The notes below the pieces were generated by a model. It was not told the DNA's origin and did no database searches. It saw only the letters and a list, made by a program, of their open reading frames with translations. Position numbers and translations under genes: made by a program. DNA of 60,508 nucleotides from Malacoraja senta (taxonomy: Eukaryota), in NCBI GenBank assembly GCA_038087875.1, contig JAXLNO010004401.1, positions 3,493 through 64,000 of the forward strand, written 5' to 3'. Below, piece by piece: positions 33,351 to 46,095 of the stretch. Position 1 is the stretch's first letter, and each line of letters opens with the position of its first letter.

Positions 33351-36000
33351 CGCCAGTTATATAACATTTACTTTTGGTTTTATGTAACTGGTTCTCAATC
33401 GGTGATACTAATCACAAATCATATCTCAATTGAAGTTCAACTCTATTCTTATAAAGCTCTAAACTAGGAGCTTTTGAATATTTTGTATCAATTTATTTAA
33501 TCTCGTCAGCCAATGTGCGTATTTCTTTTTGTGTTTGTTTTTTTAATCTCGCGGAGTATGAAATAATTTGTCCACGAATATATGCCTTAAAAGCATCCCA
33601 AACTATACCATTGGATATCTCTTCATTAGAGTTTGTCAAGAAGTAAAAAATAATCTGATCTTTCATAAACTTAATAAAGTTTAAGTCTTGAAGCAAAGTA
33701 GCATTAAATCGCCATTGTTTAGCACTAAACTTGGAATCAGGTAGTTTGATCAATAGTTTCACTGGTGCATGATCAGAAATAGCAATTGCATCATACTCAC
33801 ATGCAATGACCGATGGAACTAGCCGAGAATCTAGTATAAAATAGTCGATCCTAGAATAACTATGATATACATGAGAGAAAAATGAAAATTCTTTGTCATT
33901 TGCGTGTAAGAATCTCCAAATTTCTAACATTCCCGAGTCAAGTAAAAAATAATTAATAAAATTAGCTGATTTATTTGGAAGCGCATGATCAGATGTAGAC
34001 CTATCAATCGAGGGATTCAAACAGCAATTGAAGTCTCCACCCATTATTAAAAAGTGTTCATTTAAATTAGGAAAGGATGCAATTAACTGTTTAATAAAAC
34101 CTCAGGGTGATCAATATTTGGTGCATAGACATTCACCATGGCGACTTTTTGCCTATAAAGGACACCGGTAATCACCAAGAATCTGCCATATGGATCAGAA
34201 ATTGTTTCAGTGAACAAACGGAATTGAGGGGTCAATAAAAATAGAAACTCCTTTCACCTTAGCCTGTGAATTTGAATGAAACTCTCCAAAACTTGAAAAA
34301 TCGTGACATGTCATCTTGCCTTACATGAGTTTCCTGAACAAAGATAATCTGAGCATTTAGTCTGTAAAGAACTTTAGTCTATGAAGAATTTAAAAAAAAA
34401 ATCCTCTTAATGGGATGGTTCAAGCCATTCACATTCCATGAAAGGAAATTAGTAACTTTATCCATATTGCTTGTAAAAATCATGTGGGATGTAATGGGTT
34501 AATTTCTTGAAGCCTAAAAGTTCATAATACTGGAAGAAAAATCTAGGGCGGAGCCAGAAGTGACGACATTTCAGCCAATTTTGTAGTTCAGAATTTGCAC
34601 AAATGGAGATAACGAAATAGGGAACAAAAGACCCCTCCCCCTTCCCCCCTCCCACCCCTGTAGAACCCCAAACTGACCAAAAGACTGTCAGCAAACTACC
34701 TAACCCCCTCCCCAATCCCATCTCTCCCAGTAACAGCGCTCAGCATAAAAATAATAATATTTAACCACTACGTCATAACTCATTCGTTATTATCTCTTTG
34801 AGAGAGAAGAAGAAAAAAATACAGACTGGCATGGAATGCTGCTTATTATTATCCAAGGTCAAGATATGAAAAACAAGAACTGCGTTCTCTTAGTTTGTCT
34901 AACGACAGGGGAACACGAATTAACAAATAAATTCTTAAAAGAATATATATAAAAGAAAAACAACTCGTCCAGTTAAATTCTTAATCATTACCAAACGATA
35001 CGTTTTCAAAATATGAACAGTAAATCTCCAATTATAACTTAATCAGCTATCAATTACTCCCCTTCCTCGTCGTAGCTCTTCAGACACAGCTGGAGGCGTC
35101 TTGAGGACTGTTAAAAAATCGAAAGTTACCATTGAAAAGCCGAATACGCAATCTAGCTGGTGATAATAAAGCTGGGCGCAGTTTTTCTTATATAAATCAG
35201 ACATTACATTATAAAAAGTCTTTCTTATTTCCAAAAGCTCGTAACTATAATCAGGGACAAACCGAAACTTACATCCTTCATATTCAACCACTCCAAACTT
35301 TTTTGCTGCCTGGAGAATATACTCCTTCATTTGAAAAAAATGAAACCGAATGATCAAGTGTCTCGGTTTATTACCGGATCTCTTCCCAATCCTGTGTGCC
35401 TTATCCAGGAATGGAGGGTTTTCATTGTGCTCAATGTTGAATGTTTCCTTTATCATTTTAGAATCATATTTTCTAACGTTATTTCCTTCTTCGCCTTCCG
35501 GCAAACCAACAATTCGTCAATTCAAACCACGGCTTCTATTTTCTAAGTCCATATTTTTAGACTTGTATTGCTGAAGTGTTTTCATTCATTCTCCGTTCCA
35601 ATTTTTCAATCTTCAAATCTCTCTCCTGTCCCAGGGTGCGCAAGATATCAATTTGATCCTTTTGTTCACGAAGTTCATCTTGTAACAAAGACAGTTTTCC
35701 TTGGACTTCCTTCAATTTGGTCGAAACTCCTTTCACCATTTCTTCCAAACTGCTAAATCTTGTTTTCATTTCATTTTTCAGCTCATTTTTCAATTCATCG
35801 TTCATTTTCGATATTGCTTCTATGATGCTGGAGTAAGAAGCTGTGGTTGTGGCTTTCCCCTGTTCCTTCCTTGCGGAGCCTCCTTTCCTACTTGTCTCCA
35901 TCCTTTCCACAATTAAGGCATGTAAATGTGTTATCAACACTTTATGAAAAGTTAGACGGTTTCTTGAAGTGAAATAGTCACCAGTAACATTGAAAGGGTA

Positions 36001-36564
36001 GTGAGGGGAGCAGAGAGGACCATTGGCGTTTCCTTACCCTCGGTACAAGAACTGTTCCAGAGCCGCTGTCTGAAAAAAGCTCAGAGAATTGCTAAGGACA
36101 AACTGCAACCCCTCCACATACACCTGGATCTCCTGCCATCAGGCAAGAGATATCGCAGCATCAAAGCCCGGACTACAAGACTGCTAAACAGCTTCCTGCC
36201 ATATGCTGTGAGGCTGCTAAACAGCCACTCCGTACTCACAGTCAACTGATTCTGCGGCTTGGCACGGACTCTTTAATAACTGGCACTGGTCACTTCAATA
36301 ACTGGCACTGGCCACTCAAATCAGCTGCCCCGGACATGTTTATGATTGGTTTTACTGTATTTTAACGTTGTAGTTTTACCTCCTTTTAACTATTTATACT
36401 GTTCCATTAGGGACTGGATTGTTTTTAGTGTTATTATGTGTGAAATGTTTTAAATTTCATGTGCGATGCTCTGGTATTCCCTGGGAAACGTATTTTCATT
36501 TTGCACTGTACAACTGTTGCTTGCAAGATGACAATAAAGTTTGATTGATTGATTGATTGATTGA
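36001..36564 (+). mobile_element. Rex1/Babar-like LINE 3' fragment
   Basis: AERTIGVSLPSVQELF..RCLKKA..I..D..HP....LLPSGKRYRSIKARTTRLLNSF; AATAAA followed by a (TTGA)n tail. Confidence 0.85.
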
Positions 36565-37149
36565 AAGAGTGGTCAGTGGGTGTTAAAAGTTATGGGAGCA
36601 AACGAGTTTGCAAGCTTACAGCATGCTGCCACAAGGAGAGTCTAGTTATTGACATGTTATTGATGTTCATGATTATTCTGTTCTTTGTGCCTGGCCATTT
36701 TGACTTTGTCACATTTTACTTGGTTTATGATATTGTACGAGATTTGCAATCACACCTCCCAATTAACTAAATGCCTACTATGGCATTTAAATTATTGCAT
36801 TATATTCAGTGCAGGGTAGAAGCTGCAGTTTTTTTTAAATGGCAAGTTTTTATTACATACTATGTGGTGTGTGCCTGGAAAGCACTGCCAGGGATGGTGG
36901 CGTCTGGGGAGCACCTTCGTGCGTGCATGGAGATGCAGGGGTTTGAGGGACATGAATCATTTGCAGGCAGATGCTGCCTAACTGGTGTCTGTCCGACCGA
37001 TCTGGAGGGATCTGATGGTCAGGCAGGGAATATTTCCAGTGACCCAATGGTGCTGAGTTCGCTGAATTTTACGGTGAATGGGAATGCCCCTGTAATAGAG
37101 GAACAGGTCCTTTGTCCAAAAACGTTTGTGCTGAAAATGACGCAACCTG

Positions 37150-37660
37150 AGGCAGAGTGGCGCTGCTGATAGAGCTGCTGCCTCAGTGCGTCATACACAT
37201 CAGTTCAATCCTAACCTCGGTTGTCGGCTGTGTGAAGTTTGCATGTATTCCCTATGACCGCATGGGTTTCCACTGTCCTCCAGTTTTCACACACATACTA
37301 AAGATGCCAGGTTTTATGGGTTAATTGGTCTCTGTAATTTGACCCTAGTGTGGAAGCGAAAGTTAGATAACATAGAACTTGTGTGAACGAAACTATTTGA
37401 AGGAGTATTGCGTTTTTTGTTTAGTTTAGAGAGAGAGCATTGAAACAGACACTTCGGCCTCCTGAGGCCGCACCAACCAACGATCACCCACATAAGCTAG
37501 GGACACAAGTCAATTAACCTACAAACCTGCACATCTGTCTTTGCAATGTGGGAGGAAACTGGAGCACCTGGAGAAAACCTATGCAGTCACGGGGAGAAGG
37601 TACAAATTCCGTACAGACATCACCCGTGGTCAGGATCAAACCCAGGTGTCTGGCGCTGTG
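37150..37660. mobile_element. Two HE1-like SINE copies in opposite orientation (37150-37400 +, 37420-37660 -)
   Basis: SINE head and core motifs as in the other copies. Confidence 0.7.
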
Positions 37661-38811
37661 CCTTTATATCTGGAAGGAAGATGTTATGTGGTATGAATCA
37701 ACAGTTAAAGCGAATATACTAGTTGCATTTTTCTGAGTTCTGTTCTCTGCTAAGCCATTTCTTTGTTGTCTAATATTTAATTTCCCTCCTCAGATTATCA
37801 AAATATTCAACCAAAGCAGAACGTGCACTGCTAACCAATCGCTGAGTAGAAGATTTCATGGATGTGATTAAAATGCAGGAACTGAAATAAATGGAAAGAG
37901 TTAAATTAAGTTTATCAAACATGACAGAAATTCTCAATAGACTGCCCTGCATTTGTACAAATTAGAGCTATCTAGCAATTTATGTTGATACAACTGATAT
38001 GACTGAGGCCTCAACTCCTTTACTGTGCTTATTCCACATAAGACACAATTCCCTGTTCTTTTAGAATATATCCACGCATTATCCATCAATTCACCACCAC
38101 ATCAGGCCTCTTTAATACATTCATAAGGTTAACTCTGTTTCTTGTCATCTCCAAGGGACACAGAACCAGTGATTTCAGCCATTCATGGTTAGGCAACACT
38201 TGCTTATTCCAGAAATCTCTTCTAGCTGATATCCAATATTAATATATTCTTTCTTAAATTTGAGGACCAAGCTGTGCACAGTGCTCCAGATATGTCCTTA
38301 GCAACATCATGTACCATAATTACAATAGTAACCTACGTTGAATGCTAATCACATTCTGCGTTGTGTGCTGCATCTACCTGCTGGCATTTTGTTTTGTACT
38401 TTAAGCACTTGAATCTCTTGTACTCCACTCATTTGCAATCTCACTCCATTTAGATAATAGCTTCCTTTGAATTGCTCTTACCAGAGTGTGTGAGCACATA
38501 TTTTCCATTATTAAATCTCCATTTGCCATGTTTATGTTCATCTAACAAAGAGTCATAGAGCCATATAGCATGGAAGTAGGTACTTCAGCCTAATGCTCCA
38601 CGCTGAACAAGATGCTACATTTAGGTTAGTCAAATTTGCCAGCGTTTGGCCCACATTCCTCTCATCTTGTTCTATCCATGTACCTGTCCAAGTGTTTTTT
38701 CTATGTTGTTATTCTGCCTTCGCTGGTAACTCATTCCATACACCCAGTAACCTCTTAGTAGAAAAGGTTGCCTCTCAGGTTCCTACTAAATCTTCCTCCT
38801 CACCTTAAACC

Positions 38812-39465
38812 CAGGGGTGCAGTGCTGCCGGAGCTCACCTGAGCACCGATTCGGATCCTCTTATAAAGGAAAAATAAACAGCGTGGAATTTTAACTAGCG
38901 GATGTGTGGTTGAGGTAACCTGATTAAAAGAGGGGTAAGGGGAAGACCCATCACTACTGAAGTTCCCTGTAGGAGGAGGGGAACACTATGATGCAGCAGA
39001 GACAGACCATGTGATGTGTGCATCGTTTGTGGTTGTGGGCCTGGAGCTGAGCCTGGAACTCTGGTGGGTGGTTGAGTGGGTGGGTGTGAGGGTGAATGGG
39101 TGTGAGGGTGAGAGAGAGAGTGTGTGTGTGTGTGTGTGTTTGTGTGTGAAGGCCCAGAGCTGCAGGATAGCCAGGGCGAGTCGGTATCTTGCCGGCACCT
39201 CTGTAAAAATACATGATAACCGTATTTTTCTTTACTTGCTTCATAATTATATTTCATGATAATCAGTGAGTGCAACCGTGCAATATTTTGTCATAATTAA
39301 ATTAAGTATTATATGATTTAATGTACTAGCTATACACTGGGATGTAGTAATAGGCTATAATCTTGTTTGACCCTCTAGGGAGACAAGCTTGCCCCCCTCC
39401 CCAGCATAATCTGAAATGCCCCTGTTTGACAGCTCCGACACCTAAAAAAGTAGCATTGAACACTG
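38812..39465. mobile_element. hAT MITE with 8-bp TSD, inserted in an antisense CR1 3' fragment
   Basis: TSD CTTAAACC at 38804-38811 and 39466-39473; imperfect TIRs CAGGGGTGCAGTGCT / AGCATTGAACACTG with GCCGGAGCT-like subterminal motifs. Confidence 0.85.
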
Positions 39466-42400
39466 CTTAAACCTGTTTTTGCTGGTTCTTGATTACCCTA
39501 CCCTGGGTAAAATAAATCCTGATCAATCGCCCTCATGATTTTAGAAAGCTCTCTAAGCACCAATTAAATGGTTTCAATTATAGATAGAGTAAGACTTTGT
39601 GGTTATTTCCAACAAGAATTGTAGACTAAAGAAAGGCCAGTGGAAGTACTTGGTCAAACAGCATCTGTGGAGGCAAATGACATATACCAACATTTCAAGG
39701 CAAGGCACTGCATTAGAATTGAAGGAGAGGATGGGAAGATTCTAACAGTTTGAAGGAGGAATGGGGCAGAGGCTGGTAAGTGGCAGGTGGAATCAGCTGG
39801 GGATGGGATGATGGGCAGATGGAGCAAAGTTGGTGTATGGGTGGTTGTGGGAGAACAAATGAACACCAGTGGTATGGATAAGCTGAAATGTGAAAACTTT
39901 ATATTCATACCATCGGCTTGTAAGTTACCCAGGTGGATTATCAGATATTTTACTTAAAACTTTCTGTGCCCAAGATTAACGACAGATGGGTCAGTGTGAG
40001 AGTGGGAAGGGGTATTAAAATACCATACAACAGATCTCAGGATGATCTTTACTTCAAAGGGATGTGCTGTACAAAATGGTTGACATCTAAGCTAGTTTCT
40101 CCACAGTGTGAGCAATGAATGCAGAAGAGAAAGTTGAAAGAGGTGCAAGTGAACCTCTGTCTCATTTGAACAGTTTATTCTCCTGTTGTTCACCTCGTCC
40201 TCCTCCTCTCCTACCTGTTTCCATCTACCCATTATCCTCTTCCCACCTGGTTCTACGTTTGATCTACCAGCCTCTGTCCTATCCCTCCCTGATTGCTATA
40301 TATTGGCAATTCATCCTCTTCCCTCACAGGCCTGGTGCAGGTTCTTGACCCTATTTGTGACATCAAACATTTGTCCCAATAATTTGCTTGAGCCATTGAA
40401 TGCTTTCAGTCTTCTGTTTTTAGTTGCAGATTCCATTAGCTACATTCATTATTGGATAGAATATATTTTGTTTTAACACTGCATTTAATCTGAGACACAG
40501 CACCAATAAATGTTGTTACATAACGCTTGGTTATTTGATGATGTCAAAAAGGCTTGATTGCTTGTACTTTGTACATTTCTAATCTAATGCAAAGAATTTA
40601 TCATCCATATGAATATAAAATTGTCCAGTGACTGGTGGTAGAGTGATCAAGTTCATTTTATGTGCCTCATTTCGTACAAGTTCTGCTCTTGAGATTTCAC
40701 CTAATAATAGATGCCTGTAGAATGTGCTTGATGAATAGATCATTGAGTATAAGATTTTTGGAAATAGATTGGCATGAAATCCAAGTAAACACATTGGATT
40801 GCACCCTGTTTTATAGTGGCTTCATGTTGCGAAGTAAAGGCAAGATATATGGAATATGCAAGATATAATATGAAAGATATAATATGCAAGGCGCAAAATT
40901 AAATTGTTGTTAAGAAAATGTAAAGCCTCCATTTATTTGCAACAGCATCAATCACAGTTATCTTACGCCAAAGTTAATTTTGTATTTTTTAGAGAATGAA
41001 TGGGAACAAAATGATCAAAAATGAATTGGCAGTCAAAGTAATACAAGGTTGTAGTGGAGACAAGTGTGTATGAACAGGCCACTCTGCCAATCCTGCCAAT
41101 ACTGGTGCATATGGTTAACATGAGCCTCTTCCCACCTTATGCGATCTGCAACATGGTTGGCAAGTCTGTGCTGGATTCTCCAATGTAGAACGGACTTTTC
41201 TTTTCTCTTTTGTGTTTGCCCAGCCTTCCCCTAAATGCAATTCATTGATCTGGATCCCCATTCTCACCAGTATTGTGAGGGAGGGGAGGAGAGGGAGCAT
41301 TCTCTGTAGAATTCCCTGCTGGATTTTATGGTGTAAATGTTTTCACCATAGTGATTCATTTAAAAGCTTTATGTATTTTAATATCACCCTTCAGCCACTT
41401 CTCAAAGGGGTGGGGGGCAGGGTGTGAACGACTTACCCAGGGACATTCGATGACCGTGTTTTGTTTATTTTATCCAAACATTTTTTAATATAGATTAATA
41501 TAGTATTATTTTTTGTATCTTGGGTAAGCACATTGAAATAGCAATGGATGGCGTGTTCAGAAAATTATTTCTGATTTGTCCTCGCTTTGTGAACACCAAA
41601 CCAATGTATGCATCTGTCTTATTTGCAAAAAGGCATTGGCACCAGGGTCTCGGTTCCTTTTAAGCATCCCAGTTATCATGTTCTTCGATGCAGAGGAAAT
41701 GTGGCCTCGATAAATACAAAAATGTTGAAATGCAGAATATAAAAGTAATAGGAATTCAGGCATTTGAGCCTCAACTATTATTCCATGTGATCCATTGTGA
41801 CTTAAAATTTATACCTTGATACTTTCATTTCTCTGATCCTTTGACCATACAAACAACATATAACTCTTTGTATAAATTCAATGATATGTGTTCAACTGCT
41901 TCCAGTGGTATAACATTCCACACCTTCATCATTCTGTGGGAGAAGTAATCGCTCTTCATCTCAACTTGAAGCCTGATCATCAGATTGTGACCACTGGGTC
42001 CTGAACTGACCGGATTTCCCTCTTGAATATATNNNNNNNNNNNNNNNNNNNNNNNNNNNNNNNNNNNNNNNNNNNNNNNNNNNNNNNNNNNNNNNNNNNN
42101 NNNNNNNNNNNNNNNNNNNNNNNNNNNNNNNNNNNNNNNNNNNNNNNNNNNNNNNNNNNNNNNNNNNNNNNNNNNNNNNNNNNNNNNNNNNNNNNNNNNN
42201 NCTCTTTCTCGTTTTTCATATTGTTTACCATGTACTATGTTTACATATTCCATTTTGCTGCAGCGAGTAAGAATTTCATTGTACTATCTGGGACATATGA
42301 CAATAAAACACTCTTGACTCTCTTCAATCTGTACAGACCCATAAGAATGTTGTAGTTGATTTTGAATGGTCCTAATCACAATGTAAAACTGATCGCCCAA

Positions 42401-42622
42401 ATCGCCCTTCATACATTAGTCCTCCCATCCCTGAAATCTGATGAACCTTCACAGTACTCCCTCCATAACAAGAACATTCTTCCTAAGATCAGGAGACTAA
42501 AAGTGCAGATGCCATGGTCTTGGCAAACACATTTCTCAGAATAACATGATGTATCTTTAGAAAGGGATAAGGAGGAATCTCAAGAGTCAGAGGGTGGTGA
42601 ATCACATATTAAGTTCTTGGAG

Positions 42623-43137
42623 CTGAACTGAACTGAACTTTATTTATAGAGCACTTTAAAAACAACCACTGTTGCAACAAAGTGCTGTACATGACTAATC
42701 ATAAACATAAAACAAAACAATAAAAACATTAAAAGACAGTAAAAACTAAAAAACAATATAAACACTAAAACAGGAGCAAAGTCTAATGCAGGGTCAAATG
42801 CCAAGGAATAGAAAAGGGTTTTAAGACTAGTTTTGAAAATGGACAGTGAAGGGGCCTGTCTAATGTGCAAAGGTAGAGTGTTCCATAATGTCGGAGCCGC
42901 AACAGAGAAGGTTCTATCCCCTCTGAGCTTCCGCTTAGACCTCGGTACCTCCAGGAGCAGCTGATCAGCTGACCTGAGGCACCGAGCAGGAACGTAGGGA
43001 TGAAGCAGCTCAGAGAGGTAAGGCGGGGCGAGGCCATTTAAAGATTTAAAAACAAATAAAATAATCTTAAAATGAACTCTAAAGTACACAGGCCGCCAGT
43101 GGAGGGAGGCCAGAATAGGCGTTATGTGCTCCCTCTT
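42623..43137 (-). mobile_element. L2-clade LINE 3' fragment
   Basis: HITPILASLHW..FKI.LFVFKSLNGLAPPYL..LRSADQ..GDRTFSVAAP.LWN.LP; (GTTCA)n tail. Confidence 0.92.
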
Positions 43138-45214
43138 ACGAGCTCTGGAAAATTATCAATCTTTGAATGGAAGAATGGATAGGAGGCTGCTCACTTTGCT
43201 GGAGGGTTTGAGAGCGGACAAGGAATTCTATGCAACGTGCGTTTGGAATTTCAAGTGTACGGCATGTAGATGTAGTGTAGTTGGGTCCATTATCCCATTA
43301 ATGCACTGGAAAAGGTAAACCGGGTTTTCACCTAAGATTACATTTTCTGCTAACAGCACTTTATGGTAAGCAAGTAGCCTGGCTTTGGGAAACAATTAGA
43401 TGATCGAGGGCTCACTTAGAATAACTGGGAAATTATGGAGCAGCCTACAAGGATATTTAGCTAAAGGATAAGTTAAACCTTTCTTTTCTCCGAGACATGC
43501 AAGAATAGCTCGGTGCTTGATTTAATGCAGAACCTTTGAAGGACAGTGGCTGGGCCCGCAAGATCTCTATACCAGCCATCATAAATAGGAGTCTCCAATG
43601 GGCAGAAGACTGTGAGTCTTGATGGTATTTGCCACGGCTTCTATCATTTAACACATTGAGCTGAAAGCCATGAGATTCGTTGCTTTTTTAGTGCTTTGTC
43701 TTGTAATTTGATGTAATAAAGATAGTCATTTGTACCCCTGCAATTTTCTTTCTCCGTTCATTGATCCGAATCCTATTTATGTTTCATTACAAAGAGAGAA
43801 TTGGATAAACTAATTGTCGGCAAAAACATGCAAAACTACAGTCGAAGGGCTGGGGTTGAACAAGTGATTTTCTCCAGTAGAGAGGTGGCATTGGCCTGAT
43901 AGGATGAATGGTCCCCGTCAGCACAGTAAACATTGAAATGATCCATTGATTTGTATTTATCATCGTATAGCAAATAAACTTAGGGATACGGAAGGAGAAC
44001 TATTTTGGCCTGTTTATATGGTACAAAATAACCTACCCCAGTACAATAAATAGTTGTGAATTTACACTTAATATTACCTGTCACTGAAGCAGAGTGCAGA
44101 GGTTCTCAAATTCATTTAAGAAATTGTATTAAGGCGACTGTATATAAATTGATGGGTATTGCTTGGCTGCAAGATGGGAGTAGTATTGTAGTGGTAGTGA
44201 TGAGATGTTTTGATGGCAGTGATTATAATTTAGCATGATTAAAGTAGAAATGTACACTAGGAACGCAGGTTTGCAGCTGAGGTGAAAATATTTCCAAGAC
44301 TGCAACATAAGTTAACAGAAATGTAATACAAAATGTAATAAAATAGGGCAAATTAATGGTAACAGTTAACAGATCTCTGGGGATACTAGAAACTGCAGAT
44401 GTTGGTGCGATGAGCAAAACTGTTGGAGGAACACAGTGCGTCAGGCAACATCTGTGGGATGGAATGAACCAACGATATTTCAGGCTGGAACTCTTGTTCA
44501 GACTGGTGACTTGAAAACTTGTCAGTCGATTTCCACCACAGATGCTGCCTGACACACTGAATTCTTCATGCACTTTGTTTTTAACACACCAGCTGGAAAG
44601 AGTGCAGAGTAGATTTACAAGGAGACTTGATAGTGGCATTTGAAGTCTTTAGAAAGGCATAGATATGCAGGGAAAGGAGGGATATGGAACATGTGTTGGT
44701 GGAGGAGATTAGCTCAACTTGGCATCACGTTCGGAACAGAAGGTGTGGGCCCAAGGGTCTGTTCCTATGCTGAACTGTTCTGCCAGTTAGTGAGTGTATG
44801 TTTAGGGAGGGTGAGGTTGAGAAGGCTCTGATTTCATTCCTTAGAGTGCAGGAGGATGGGGTGATCTGAAAGAGGTTTACAAAATTATGAGATCAATCAA
44901 TCAGATAAATGCGCATGAGTTTTTTGCCCACAATAGGGGACTCGAGAACCAGAGGGTATAGGTTTACGGTGAGAGGGGGTGAGTGGGGAGATTTAATAGG
45001 AACCTGGGAGGTAACATTTTTACACAAAGAGTGGTGGGTATATGGAACGAGCTGCCAGAGAAGGAGGTTGAGACAGGTACTATCATAACAATAAACAGAC
45101 AATGGACAGGTACATGCATAGGATAGGTTTAGAGGGTTATGAGCGAAGCGTGGGGAGTTGGGACTAATGTAGGTGGGGCATGCTGTGCCGAAAAGCCCGT
45201 TTCAACGCAGTGTA

Positions 45215-45425
45215 ATTTGATATCTCAATCCCACTTTGGCACCTTACACATTTTACTAGGGGTAATTTACAGGGGGCAATTAACCTATAAACCTGCACGA
45301 CTTTGGAATGTGGGTGGAGACCAGCGTCCGGATAAAACACATGTACGACGTTCACACAGACAGCATCCATAGTCGGGATCAAACCCGGGTCTCTGATGCT
45401 GCGAGGCATCCGTTCGACTGCTGCG
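45215..45425 (-). mobile_element. HE1-like SINE, partial
   Basis: CAATTAACCTATAAACCTGCACGACTTTGGAATGTGGG...CGGGATCAAACCCGGGTCTCTG. Confidence 0.8.
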
Positions 45426-45522
45426 AATTGTGTTTGAATTTTCTGATTTAAATCAAGGATTTTACTTCGGAGTCACGCGTCCAGCCGCATGCGCGTCATT
45501 ACGTCAGACGCATGGTGCAGCG

Positions 45523-46095
45523 TGTTACGAATCCCGAATGCAGGTACTTCAGAGCCGCGTAACATAACTCAAAAACCAGGTTCAAGTTCCAAAATAGTTT
45601 TAATTATTCAATAACATAAAACCCAAACCTGATTCAAACAACCCAGTCAGGGTTATGGATGGACTAACAAACAATTTAACGGTGCTCCAGCCAGCCACGT
45701 GATGGACCGTCGAACCGGAGACTCTAAAACCTGCCTAAAAAGATATAACCCTGAAACAAAATACCCGAAACACTAGATAAGCCCTTATCCGTCCCAATTC
45801 AATATTTCGTAAGGGTGAAAGTACACAAAGTTCTATGCCAAGTGGCCAGGCCTTCCGCAGCTCACTCCAGCAGTCAGCTCACAAGTCAGGGTCGACGAAG
45901 GAGAGAGAGAATCCTGGGATGACTCTGGTATTTAAGCTTCAGATGAGTCACCCGTCACCTGTCGCAGCTTGGCCAATCAGGTACAGGAGCCTTTTAACCC
46001 TTTGATTCCAGACTCACAGCCACAAGGCCTGCACTCAGGAAAGAAACAGAGAAAGGTAAGTACATATCATTCACCAGGGGAGGAAGCGCCGAACA
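45523..46095 (-). repeat. 3' LTR of the left gypsy (573 bp)
   Basis: TGTTCGGCGC...CGTAACA on the minus strand; adjacent PPT at 46096-46107. Confidence 0.93.

Larger units (their letters stand above)
26635..35975 (-). mobile_element. L1-clade element A, near full length and decayed, split by element B
   Basis: ORF1 coiled coil plus PEGEEG/AHR/IIRF/PDYS (35940-35043); endonuclease GGDFN/SRIDY/ISDHAP (~34480-33490); RT SLDAEKA/QGCPLSP/YADD (29290-28640); C-terminal CDRC..HMFWSC; AATAAA near 26650. Boundaries approximate. Confidence 0.92.

Noticed and set aside
41557-41763. ORF with HISSASKNMITGML vaguely like a kinase C-lobe
   Set aside because: No other kinase motifs, no donor site and no companion exons.
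45425-45522. Possible DIRS-like terminal fragment next to the gypsy LTR
   Set aside because: Under 100 bp and based only on recalled resemblance.
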